From Lophium mytilinum (lineage: Eukaryota), in the NCBI GenBank assembly GCA_010093605.1, contig MU004185.1:1757334-1821333 (forward strand): a DNA stretch of 64,000 nucleotides, read 5' to 3'. Under the pieces are notes generated by a model. The model was not told the origin of the DNA. It did not search any database and worked only from the letters and a program-made list of their open reading frames with translations. Position numbers and translations under genes: made by a program. Shown here piece after piece: positions 34,041 to 46,303 of the stretch. Within the stretch, counting starts at the first letter, position 1. Each line of letters starts with the position of its first letter.

Positions 34041-37000
34041 ATGGAATCCGCTTCCAAGGCACGCGAGCAGGATGACGATGAACAGCCACAGAAGTTATCT
34101 GCAATCAGAACTGAAACAGCGTCAGACCATTCCGATCGTGGACCTCCTCAGTCGCTTTTTCATCATCGGGAAAGTAACGACTTGCCAGCTTCACGGTACC
34201 AACACGGGTACTTGACTTCGCAGCAGTCGCTTTTTGTTTCGGGCGAATGCAATGAGGAGCAGCTTAATGATCTATTAGGATCTAGAAATGAGAAGGACCA
34301 ACTTAGAAATGAGAGGGACCAACTTGAAGATGAGAGGGACCAACTGGAGGAGCGACAACGAGCGGAGCGACAGGAACGAAAAGCTGAACGTACACACTAT
34401 ATTCGCAGTATGATGGCAACTGTGTGGGTCCCACGGGCACTATCACCATCGCCTAATTCTCCCCTTTCTGCGTGCGACGAAGAGGAGCTTGCTGTTGCAT
34501 CTACAAAAGGTGAACGTCGGCGCTCCTTGGACGCAGAATGGGACAATTTTTCCAGTAGCTCAGAGCAATACGAAGAAGATCGTCTAATGAAGAGGTCTGA
34601 GATAGTAGCGTCCTATGATCAACAACAGGCCGTCGATCCATTGTTGACCCAGGAAAGGCGAGCACGTAAGGATATTCAATACACTGTCAGAAAACGTCTG
34701 GCACCTTTCCTTCCATATGTGGACAAGTCTCAATCCCCTCAACCATCCTCAGGCTACCTTGTTGACCGTCATTGGATAGACTTGGACCTCACGATCAAAA
34801 GCTGGCTGAATCAATGCGACACGACCCACCATGGCCATTGTACAAAGGCTGAAGGTGAACACGACGGATTCGATAACAAAAGTCCGATTTGGTTGATCGA
34901 TGTTGTTTCTTGGTGTCTTGTACGGGCCACGCCGGACAAAAGATACTTCGCGCTGAGCTATGTCTGGGGCCAAGCGAAAGGTTCGTGTGCAACTTCAGCA
35001 AACCTGGAAAGCCTTCAGCAGCGAAATGCGTTTAAACAAGACGAACTGGATATTCCGAAGCTGATTATCGACGTTATGAAACTCATAGATCTACTCGGTG
35101 AACGTTATCTGTGGTGTGACAGATACTGTAGGTATCACTGCGTGCATTCGATTAGAACTTGCTGACCCGCTCTATAAAAGGTATCGTCCAAGACCGAACA
35201 ACCGAAAAGATGCTGCAGTTAGATGCTATGGCACACATCTACAAAAACTCGTACGCTACGATCGTTGCATCTTCCAGGAAAAGTACTGCGGAAGGTCTCT
35301 ACGGGATTCGAGACGTTACACGCCCTCGCAGAAAGGGGAAAATTAGTCTAGGGGGTCCTTACACACCCAACAGGTCTAGTGCTCGAAGGTACTGGGACGC
35401 CACTGATTCATGGGCTGTTCCTGTGCATACAGACACCTCCGAAGGAGATTCATCAAACGACGAACACGAAGAAGCATCATCTGTGCGACGCTCTCCGGGC
35501 CGCGCCATGTCCCCGAAGAATATAAGCGACGAACCCGTTGAGCGTACTGCTAAGGAATCAAAGCTGAGCGAGTCTCATTGTTTTCTGAAGGTACATTCAA
35601 GAGGGACACGAACAAACACGCCCGAATCTGAAGAAGGCGTGAAAGAAGCGGCGGAGAGATTGAACACCGAAGACGGAACTCCACTAGTGGCCAAACTGAC
35701 AGAACCAACTACGGCTCAACCGCAGGCAGAAGAAGCTGAAGTTGATTACTTCGTCAGATTGGCAAGCCTATTGATGAATAGTGACTGGGGCTCTCGGGCA
35801 TGGACGTTTCAGGAGTCCCTTTTCGCGCGCCGAAAGATTGTGTTTCAAGATGAGATGGTGAATTGGGAGTGCCACTGTATCTCATGCTATGAAGGCCAAG
35901 CGACTTTTGGAAGCGATGATACTTCGACGTGCCTGAGCCCATGGTCTCCCATGTCCAGCGGCAACACATGGCCAGATGCTTACCGTTTCGCAAGACTGAT
36001 ATCGCTTTACAATCAGCGAGACCTGACTTTCCCAGAGGATGCCCACAATGCCTTTCTGGGGACGTTATCGGATCTATGTCAAACATTTTCCGGGGGCTTC
36101 GTTAGTGGACTGCCAGTAATGTTCTTCGACGCGGCTTTGATTTGGCAACCATACGAGCCCGCCATTCGTCGACGGAATACAGGAAACCGACCAGACAGTG
36201 AGCATATACATATACCCAGTTGGTCTTGGATAGGGTGGAAAGGCGACATTGATTCTAAAAGCCTACGGAGTAGCTATGACTACATGAGGAGAAACCCTGA
36301 TGAGTTCTTGACAGAAGAAGGGGATGAGTGGGAGCCTACGTCATGGCACACCGAAAGTACGGTCAAGTGGTCGTATAAGCTGAGGCGTGATTGCGAGAGC
36401 AACGAAATTTCTCCTTCCGGACACAGATTTCGAGACGTAACGTCACTCAATGAGGAAGACGCTACCAAACCTCCCGAAGGATGGAAGGCTCACAAAGACC
36501 AGGATCGAAAGCGAGACTACTACACTCATGTTTCCCGATACGAAGCAAGAGTTCTGGTATCCTATACCTCTTCGTGGTGAGCAAAAGGACGAATCTTGCC
36601 CTATATTTGCGCCATTCTTATGCGGCATGACGCGTAGCGCGCTCTTAAAGGTCGGGCGTACTTCCCGCAATTTTGAGGTGTCTCACTGTCTCTATGTTAA
36701 GCTTCTTGACAAATATGATCATTCCGTTGGATTTCTTCGCGTTAATAGGCCGGCGTCACTAGAATATGAATATGGGCCATCAGTTCGGGAAATCGAGGAG
36801 TACCCAGATGAAGGGAGCGAGATTGAGGTGATCGAACTGTCCGCAGGGTCCGTTAAAAGACAGAAGACAGAGGAGGTGAGCTTTGATGAGTGGCCAGTGT
36901 CTAACCGGGACTCCAGGGAGCATGGAACACTTTATGAGTTCTACAACGTGATGATGGTCAAGAGGCATGAGTGGTACGCAACTAGGGTTGCCGTCGGTCG

Positions 37001-37061
37001 TGTGGAGAAAGCTGTTTGGGAGCGTGTATCTCGAGAGCGCACCAGTATAGTTCTCGGATAA
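34041..37061 (+). CDS. HET-domain protein (HET-1 here); apparent frameshift near 36535, possibly a pseudogene
   Basis: WLIDV...YFALSYVWG...LGERYLWCDRYC|IVQD...MAHIYKNSYATIVA...SDWGSRAWTFQE...PSWSWIGW. Intron 35128-35180. The C-terminus (EFWYPIP...FYNVM..RVAVGRV) is in another frame. Confidence 0.85.
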
Positions 37062-37452
37062 GATATCTAGAAGGTCTCCTTTAGCACCCAATAAAGCGTC
37101 ACCACTCAAGGCACGTGATTTGCCCGGGTACATGAGAGTACGTTTCTCATTACGATTTAAACTTCTAAGGAAACGACGATAAGGGCTCGGCCATCCTCCC
37201 TACTGGAATAGTGATGTTTTTTATTACTTAGAAGCGCGCTTCCGCCGCCACGTGACGTTGAATCTCTGAGGCTCTGCCACTGCATTGTAAAGTTCCCCGC
37301 TATCTCATCCTCAACTCGCTCTTTTGGATGTTCTTCCAAGAACTTACGGGCCAGCACAGTGATTGTTCTTTGGCTACTTGACGTGTGCATGTCTTAGTAC
37401 GTTTATGATTATATGATTTAATGATTTAGAAGCTCTCTAACCTTTCTCCCTC

Positions 37453-39946
37453 ATGCGGCTTTTACGGCTTGAAGACTTCAGCCTCGTTGAAGTCGTTGGC
37501 AAGAACATTCCGCGCTATGCTGTTCTTTCACATACCTGGGGCCCAGATCAGGAGGAGGTCACCTATAAAGACATAGTGAAAGGCACAGGCAAGAATAAAG
37601 CTGGCTATGCAAAGATCCAATTTTGCGAAAGGCAAGCATCCTTGGACAGCCTTCAATACATCTGGGTGGACACTTGCTGTAGGCATCACTGCTTGCATTT
37701 CATTAGAGCTTACTGACCCACTCTATAATAGGTATAAACAAATCAAGCAGCGCAGAGCTTTCGGAAGCCATTAACTCCATGTTCAGTTGGTATCAAAGGG
37801 CGGAAAGATGCTACGTATATCTCTCAGATGTTAGACGTGATAACTCTGGGGAAAGCGATCCGTTCCCTCGGCATATATGGACGTCGGCCTTTCGAAACAG
37901 CAGATGGTTTACTCGGGGTTGGACGCTCCAAGAGCTTCTTGCTCCCACAATGATCGGCTTCTTTTCGACGGACGGCCACCTTCTTGGAAATAGGGCTTCA
38001 CTTCTACAAGAGATCCACGAGGCCACAGAGATTTCTATTGAAGCTCTTTTGGGAAGAAAATTATTATCTCATTTCAGCGTCGATGAGCGAATGTTATGGG
38101 CAAAGGGCCGCGAGACGAAACGCGAAGAGGACGCAGCATATTCTCTACTAGGCATCTTCGATATTCATATGCCTCTCATCTATGGAGAAGGACGTAACAA
38201 GGCGTTGAGAAGGCTTCGTAGAGAGATCAGAGAGTCCTTAAAGGATACTTCGCCCACTCGATCAATAGCGAACGTCTCTGAGCATGAAAACGCACCAAAA
38301 CGTGAAGAAGGCACGGCTTCCTTACGATTATCATATTCACACTCTGACTTGGTCGTAGTAGGTCTTTCAACCCCTGACCAGGAAACGGCACGAGACCGAA
38401 AAACACAATTCCAAAAAACACGCTCCACTATGAGGGCCAGCCTCCGCGCAAATTCGGGCGCCAACACTCTGGTGCTAGAGGCAAGTCCCACCACAGAAGC
38501 AAATAACAATGAACGTTATGCTACTCCGCAGGCAGACACTGCCCTTGTGGACCGCGACGCCGAGAATGAACGTCTGCAGCGTGAATTAAGCGCTGCAAAA
38601 GAACAGATCACGGCGCTTCAGAGCCAAATCCTTGTGGCCAACCAAGGTGAAAGCTTCCTTACGGTACGCGACGACGACTATTTCGAGAGTGCCTGCCAGC
38701 GGCTATATTCGCAGGCGCAGGAGTGGGTAGCACGTTTCTCAAAAGCCTCTGACAATACCCGCTGCCGGTTGTCCGCCAATATTCACGACGAAAAGGTTCA
38801 GGATCGATTGGACAATGCTATCCTTGATGGCTCTGATGTAGATATCCTGCTCGCTGATCGTGTGGAACGACGAAATGTCTTCTTGTCCGTCGTGATGGCC
38901 ATGATCTGGGAATACGTCTTTACTAGATACCTTTTTGGTCTAGATAGGGAACAAAGGCAAAAGTTGAAATCCTTGGAAAAGACCTTGCAAGAAACGGGTA
39001 TGTAGTGTGCGATGTTTCCAAGGTCACACTTGAGCTAAGCATGAATTCTGTAGCACCCGCCGGAGCCGTTGCGCAGTGGCGTGCGATCACCCTTACGTTT
39101 CTATCTAAGCGCGCGGCTTTCCAACAGCAGTGCGCTCAAGACACCGAGGCCGTGCTGCATGCGATCGATTCCACGGTAACTCGCGTCCTACCAGTATCGT
39201 CGGTGAACGTGTACCAATTTCAGCGTGCTCTTCGCGATATGCTCCGGTCGGCTGTCTCTCTATCCATCGAGATGCGCACGCAAAGAGCAGAGTACACCAT
39301 GCTCCCGCCGCTTCAACCTGAGTATGATGCCAACGGAGATCTGGTTGGGAAAGTCCTCTTCAACGCAAGTCTCATGAGTGGAGGGTCAGGCGAAACCACC
39401 TCCGACAACTACGAGCTGGAACGGAAAGGAACGGTGGTTAAAATGGTCCTCTTCCCACTTGTTGTAAAACGAGGGGATGACAACAGCGAAGAGATAGTGA
39501 TCTATCCAGCCCAAGTGCAGCTGGTTGCCAGCAACACTGTTGCTCAAGTTGACGCAAAGAAACGTACTCAAGATCGACAGAATTTGATGGATGCCGGCAA
39601 CACTGTTGCTCAAGTTGACGCAAAACGTGCTCAAGATCGACAGAATTTGATGATGGTTGCAGAAAGAAAGGTCAAGGCTCGGATGCTTAGTATGGACGAT
39701 CAGGTCTTTAAAGAGACGGGGAAGATGTCACCAGCCATGATGGAGGATTGGGAAAATAAAGCGCGTGCGAAAGTAGCAGCTGATAGGGAGGCCCGCATAG
39801 TGAGCTATGGCAGGGTGCATGTGCGTGGTGGAAAGATTATGGACCAGTCAGAGATTGATGCTGTCGCTGCCGCGAGGATACAACCCACTTTGGACGAGAT
39901 TAACGATGCCACCGAGAAGCAGAGGGCGAGGGGACGAGGAAATTAG
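37453..39946 (+). CDS. Chimeric HET-domain protein (HET-2 here) fused to apparent host-gene fragments
   Basis: HET-E-type N-terminus: YAVLSHTWG...WVDTCC|INKSSSAELSEAINSMFSWY...SRWFTRGWTLQELLAP...AYSLLGIFDIHMPLIYGEG. Introns 37679-37731 and 38998-39053. A non-NACHT C-terminus follows. Confidence 0.85.
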
Positions 39947-40960
39947 GCTCGATAATGAAGAGAAGAAGCGCTAGACCCGCACTGAGAAGGAAGGATCTGC
40001 AGGTCTGAAGGCTGAAGAAAAGCGTGTCAAGGGTAAGTTAGGGTTAGGGTTATTGCGTGTTATTGGTAAATATCCTGACTAACAACAGCAGAACGCCAAA
40101 TATTTCATATGAAATCAGTCCAGATTTCGACGTGACGATAAGCAAGTCGGGTTTCGAGGGGAAGGGGGGTAGGTTTATTCATTTGGCAATGTTCAGGCGA
40201 ATTCTTATTTTCAGTGTAAATGTAAGTAAGTTGGTCTGCAGGCGGGTAGGGCTGACTAAATAGCGCATATAGCTCTAGAGTAGTATATTCTTGAAGTACT
40301 CTGCAACTTGGGAACAGCTTCAAACTCGGAAGTAAAGTTCGTGGAGCCGGGGTCGGTGAGATACAGGAGGGGAACGATGGTGTGATATCTCGGAAAAGAA
40401 ACACTTCACCGTATTGGTATCTCACTGCCAAATCATCACCAAATCATGCCTACATCACATCTTAACGAAACCACTCATAAGTAATCAGTATCAGTCTCAT
40501 TCTTTCCACTGCCTCAACCCCTCCCAATCCACCCTAAGGATCTCACCATCGGATATCGTGTAGCACAAGAAACGCCGCATCCCAATCCGAAGTCCGCCAT
40601 CCGAAAAGGACCATGATGCCACCCGACCCATAAGGGTGCTAAAAACAGCCAACGCCATCGCTCAATGCAGCAAGAGTGAATGCCCTTTCAGAATAATGCC
40701 TAATGGAGGCATGGAAAGAGGTAAAACCAGAAATGATGATCGGTCTTTCGATCTTTTGAAGCCCGAAATAGAGTAGCTTAAGTCTTCCGTTCGCAAAGTA
40801 AAGCAAGAACACAACAGGTGAGAAGAAGAAGAGAAACAGTAAAGAAATTTTTTGTGATGTACATGAAAGTGAAGCAAACATCGAGACTCGGTTCTGGCTC
40901 ATGGGCCAGAAATCCTCGGGCCGTGAGTTGAGATGTATCGATATCCCGCGTCGAAAACCA

Positions 40961-43900
40961 CTACGGAGCCGGCGGTACTGAAGGCGCTGAAGCTCGGGGC
41001 CAATTTAACTTAAGCTTGAGTATCTTCGAAGGCCGTGGGGCTGCTGGGGCTGCCCTCGCAACGGCTGCTACTGAGTCGGTGCTCGCTTGGCGCTTGAGTG
41101 GCCGATGGTCGTCGTCGACGTCCTCGCTGCTTCGCTTTCTACTAGAGCCATTTCCGCTCGCAGCCGGCGAGAGCAGCGACGCAGCTGCTGCTAGAGATGG
41201 AGACTGGCGCTTGATATGTGCGTGGTCATGATGCCCTGCTACGGCTAGCACAGGTATGGAGTGTGCGGCGGCAGAGGGTGCTGCGGCAGTGGTGCGAGCA
41301 ATTTTCAAAGAGGCCGGTTTCGGCGCCTTCGAGACTATAGTCGCCACCTGCTGTTGCGGTACCTTGAGCCTAACGATACGGGACTTGGGGGCCCGAATCT
41401 TCTTTAAAGGAGCAGCCGGTGCTGGCAGTGCCGGTGGAGGCGAGAAGGCAGTGGAAGCCTGAGATGGTAAGGTTTGGGAGGAAGACGCCGACCGATGGAT
41501 GGGAGGCCGGACGTCGAGGGATTTAGGCGTTCCTGAAGGCTTGACTGCTGGTGCGGGATTGCCGTTGGTGACGAGATGTATCTTTGGAAGAGGTGGCTGT
41601 TTCTCAACAGCTTGCGCTTGAACATGGGCCACGATGGCCGCTTTGTTGCCCATCGTCAGCGTGAGGGTGCGCTTCGGCATAGCAGGCCTAGGACCGGTAG
41701 CTTTAGGAGCAGACTTATCCCAAGCTGGCTTTGGCATCGGCTTGGTACGAATCTTCTCTGTCTGAGAGAACTTCATCACGCCTCGTCCCCTATGCTGAGT
41801 TCTCCAATAACGTGGGTAACGCAGTACGATGGGAAGCGAGTCCTCAGCCTCGTACAGAAGGCCGCAGATCTCCAAAAGCTCCTCCATATCTCTGGCGCTT
41901 GTAGTTTGAGATCGGAGTGCCTCTTCTAACGCTTTCTTCAAAGTCTTATCCTCGGATATCTCCTTGCTCAGCGCGGCAAGAGCCCCGTTTACACTATTCT
42001 TTCGAGCAAGGTCGGCCTGGCGTTCAGTCGGACCGTCGTCCTGTTCGATATGGAGGATATCATCGCTCTGATCCGCCTGGGTGTCATCCTTCAATTCTCC
42101 CAAAGCTATCTGCCCAAGTGCATAGCCGAAGATACGGAGAAGTCGTCCCCTGAAGTAAGGGGAAGGGTCTGATTGCAAACTGTAGATCATGAAACTCAAC
42201 ACTGCCGGTTTTTTTATCATGCCCAGCTCCACAAGACAGTTCCACGCCTTCACTCGCACGTTGTCGGCGTTACCTAATTTGGTGTACTTCATGAACTCCA
42301 AGGGTTGGCGCGGAATGACTCTATTCTGCATGAGCGTCAAAAGGCACTCGAGAGCGGTAGTTGTGATGACGTTGTGGAACGATGATATCCACTCGTCGCT
42401 GCGTTGTAGACGACGTATTTCGGAAATAGCCGTCTGCTGGAATACGAGTTCGTCCGTGTTGTCGACGTCATCATCGTCGTCAACCCAGCTGCGTTGATTC
42501 GTAGTTGTCAACGTCTGGGCAAGACACGACAACAAAATGGCAACGTAGTGACTGTCGGAGAAGGCATTGTCCCCGTTGTCATTGTATGTCAAAAGGTTGG
42601 AAATGAAGTTTTTCACCCGCATTGTCGCCTTGCCATTAGTGTCGCGTATCCTCGCAACTGCCTTCGGGATCGCGCATCGGATGAGATATAGGCTACGATC
42701 GGAGAAGTCGTTTGGACGTGTGATGTTGGTCCCGGGTCTACAGAACAATGCCTTGAACGCTTTCTCGAGATGATCCAAGCCGATCCAATGGATATCTGCT
42801 CTCGCACAATTCGCTAGCGCGTCCGCTGCAATTGTGCGAATACCGTGGAAATATCGTCCATCCATCAAGGTTCGCACCAGGATGCTCGACAGTAACTCAT
42901 GACCGGGCTTCGAGGAAAGCCATTGGATGGACTCAAGCTGAGCGATTATATCCTTGTCCTGCTGCAACTGTGAGACGTACATGTACGAAGGCATGTTGAC
43001 GGCGCTCTTGCATATCCACTCGAAATCGGCATCAATCCGGTACCATTCGTAAGACTCTTGACTCATCTTATCTTCCTCATCTTTTGACCAATCGTAGAGC
43101 TCCCACTCACGAACCTCCTCTCCAGACTGGAGAACATCGCCGAGGCAGTACAGGAGGACATCATCCTGCGCATCTCCGACATCGATTCCTTGTGCGGCTG
43201 CAGCTCGCTCTTTTTGCCGGCGACTTCGCTTTAGGCGCTTGTACTTAGTGTTATATGGAATATCCACTTTGGTCTTCCGCGACTGGATGTCGACAATATG
43301 CTCATATGGCGTGCCATCTGCCTCGTGTATGCGAATGGTCATAGGCCCTGTGAAATGATGTTGCGTTGTTGCTGCATAAACGTGATGCTTGTCTTCCTTG
43401 ACCTCCCTCAGAAAATTTGAGGAATCTAAAACAAGCTGGTCGTCGCCAAAGTTTCCCATCGAAGTGCCTTGAATTTGGTCAATATGCAGTTCAATCATCA
43501 TCTTCTTTTTGTTGAATTTGGCAGTGCAGTGAAACGAGGGACACCCGCCACCCTCCACCCATTGTGCGAAGAACTTGTCTAACCGCTGGTGGCCGACTTT
43601 CTCGCATATGCGGTAGAATTCTTCAGTCGATATTGCAGAGTTCGGTAAAGTAGAGGCCTTGGCATTCAGAAGCATCCGCCAAAAGCAACGATCTACACCG
43701 TTCTTGCCACTCTGCTTGACGAGCCGTTGATGAAGAATCGACAATACCAACGGTGCTTTGAGTTCCATGAACTCCATTTCGCCAGGGTCCAGAGCAAGGT
43801 ATGGTCCGAGGTCTTTGATAGACGGTCGCTTGACGTCCGTTGCAACAATTTTGTCCGCCATAAGCTTCAGACGGTATTTGTGGTCGTTCTTTCCAAATAG

Positions 43901-45369
43901 TTCTCGCAAGTATAAATCGGTTATGAACCAGGCTCCTCCAACGATGATCCACCAGTCGGTAGGAGTCTGTGGAATGACGTATACGCCTATCCATTGACTA
44001 GCAAGGCCGTATACCAGCATGCGAGTGACATAGTTGATTGGGTCTAGTTCATTTTTCGGGTAGAGCAGTCGAGTGCTGCAAATTGACATCGAAGCCGATA
44101 TCGTGACATCGGTAGCCAAGTCATCGACAAAGCAGACCTTGTAGCTCGAAAAGGGATATGCCAAAAACTTCTCGGTGAAGAAGTCCGCAGCCTGTGCGAG
44201 CATCTCAGCGCTGTTCAGCACTTCCTCGGCTCGGCCTGGGAGACAAAAGGCGTGTATTCTGGAGGCGTTGGATCCTAGCCTCTCATCCACGTCACTGTCT
44301 CGAAATTCGGACAGATCGACATGCTCAAAGGGACCAACTGCGAAAGCAATGTGCTGAGGTAGAACCGGGGTTTCGCAGATGAACGAGACAGTCTTCCAGC
44401 TTGCGTTCTGTGTGTCGACGATCTTTGCAGGTTAGATCAACATCTGAGTTGTCAACAATGAAAACTTACATCATCTGTCATATCGCCCGAGCAGATCACA
44501 GACATCTCAAGCAACTTTTCCTCTTCGTCAAGACCCATAAAGTCATCGTCATCGGAGCCCATGACACTGTCGACCTTACGAGCTCCGTTAGAGAGCTCAT
44601 CGCCGCTGGTCTTGCTAAGGTCATCATGGCTGGCAACACCATTCGTAAGGGCACGAGGTTTGCGCAAAGCGTCTCCTAAAGTTCGAGGGCACCGGATGGA
44701 GAAGTCCCAAGTACATCTCGTCAAGGAGTCGTCCAGGCATGGGAACAAACAAGAAGCGATGCCCGAATAAGGAGAGTTCCGAGTGAATAGATGCGGGTAT
44801 TTCCCGTCTCCAATCTGAGCACCAGCAAATGCTAGTCCGTCTCTGAACTCATCGATATTGTATTCAACTACCACCTCCAGGGTATCAAATCCAGAAGGCT
44901 CAGCTGAGGAATGCTCCAAGGCCACATCTGCGAAAGCACTATGGCGTGTCACCATTCCAATATCCGCAAGGTCATCGCGGGCATCCGGTTGCGCAGGCTT
45001 AACATTCACGCCCTTCGGTAGAGTGATCACAAGCTCATTTTCTGTCCCATTCTTATGCGCATCAATCCGGGACTTGGGGAAATGATGCTGGTATATACCC
45101 GTTGTCAGATAGAGGTGGAGGCGTCTGTACAGGTCGCTGTAGGTCGAGGAAGCACTTCTGCCTTCAACGGTGACGGAAGTGGTCTTCAGTTGTCGGCAGT
45201 CCAGCCGTATGGTCCTGAGGTCTTTAACCGTGGGCTGGATAGTGAGTGCCGTTTTCCCTTTGATCAACCGCGACGCAAAGTCTATCTCGAGTCTGACGAC
45301 CTGGTGTAGGACCGTGAATCCCAGGTCTGGTCGGGCGGCGAGCACCTCAGGCTCCGTGTCCTCAGCCAT
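40961..45369 (-). CDS. TAF2: Transcription initiation factor TFIID subunit 2
   Basis: M1-aminopeptidase-like fold plus GPMTIRIHEADGTPYEHIV, DIPYNTKYKRLKR, EWYRIDADFEWI and MYVSQLQQDKDIIAQ. Intron at ~44427-44469. Confidence 0.95.
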
Positions 45370-46303
45370 GGCGCCGTAGGGGCCTGCTAGCCTCGAATCC
45401 ACAGGGCAGACCGAGAGCTAATATTCATCTCCAATCTTCCCTAAAGGCGACTCGTGTCTCCGCTGAAGAGCGGGCCAAAAGCGTGCGGCGCGACGGGGTG
45501 GGTGATTGCGAGGTGACTGCGCAGTTTGTCGGGCGGCGCAGCGAGGCGAGTGAGGCGGGTGAGGTGGTCGGGTGTAGGCGCGTCTGGGCTATGCAAGCGT
45601 GGGATCGCGAAGGTGAGCACAGCAATAGGTGTCGGTAGACGAGAGTGGTGTTGAGGTTGTTGTGGGGGTATGTTGGATGTCCTGGATGCCTCTCACTTCG
45701 CGGCAACTTGTCTGGTGCACGGGCCAAGGTCGTCGGGCAGCCGGTTCTTCCGTTCCGCGGAAAGCTTGGCTCGGCGACAAAAGCGACGTCGACATGGTAA
45801 CCTTAACGTTAACTTCCAATTCACGCGAGGATTTGCTGAGCTAGCTTTATGCATGCCCTTCAGGGTAGTCATAGAAGGCGAAAGTCATTGCATTAGAGCG
45901 TGGCCAGTCTCATGAACAAAGGCGGTGTCCTAGCACATGGACTGTTAGAAGTCATTTCGATACTCTATATGCGGTTTTCGAGGGCAGTATTTGCGACTCA
46001 AGCCTGTCGTAGAGACAGAATGCTATCTCAGCTACAGCTGTCTGTCCAAATCCTAGGCACATTACCTCTAACACTGCTTGTGGTAGCTCCATGGGCATTC
46101 GAGGCTCTCAAAACTACGTGAAAGCTGACGCTGCGGGAACTAGTAGAATATAACTCTTCACGGACTGTCTGACTTCTAGCTGGGTTACTCCTCGCAATGA
46201 TGTTGAATGAATTAGGATAGGAATCGAGCAATAACACATCCGTGGGCTCCATATCATGCTCAGTATCTGGATAGAAAAGAGTATTCGCTTCTATTCTAAG
46301 CTC

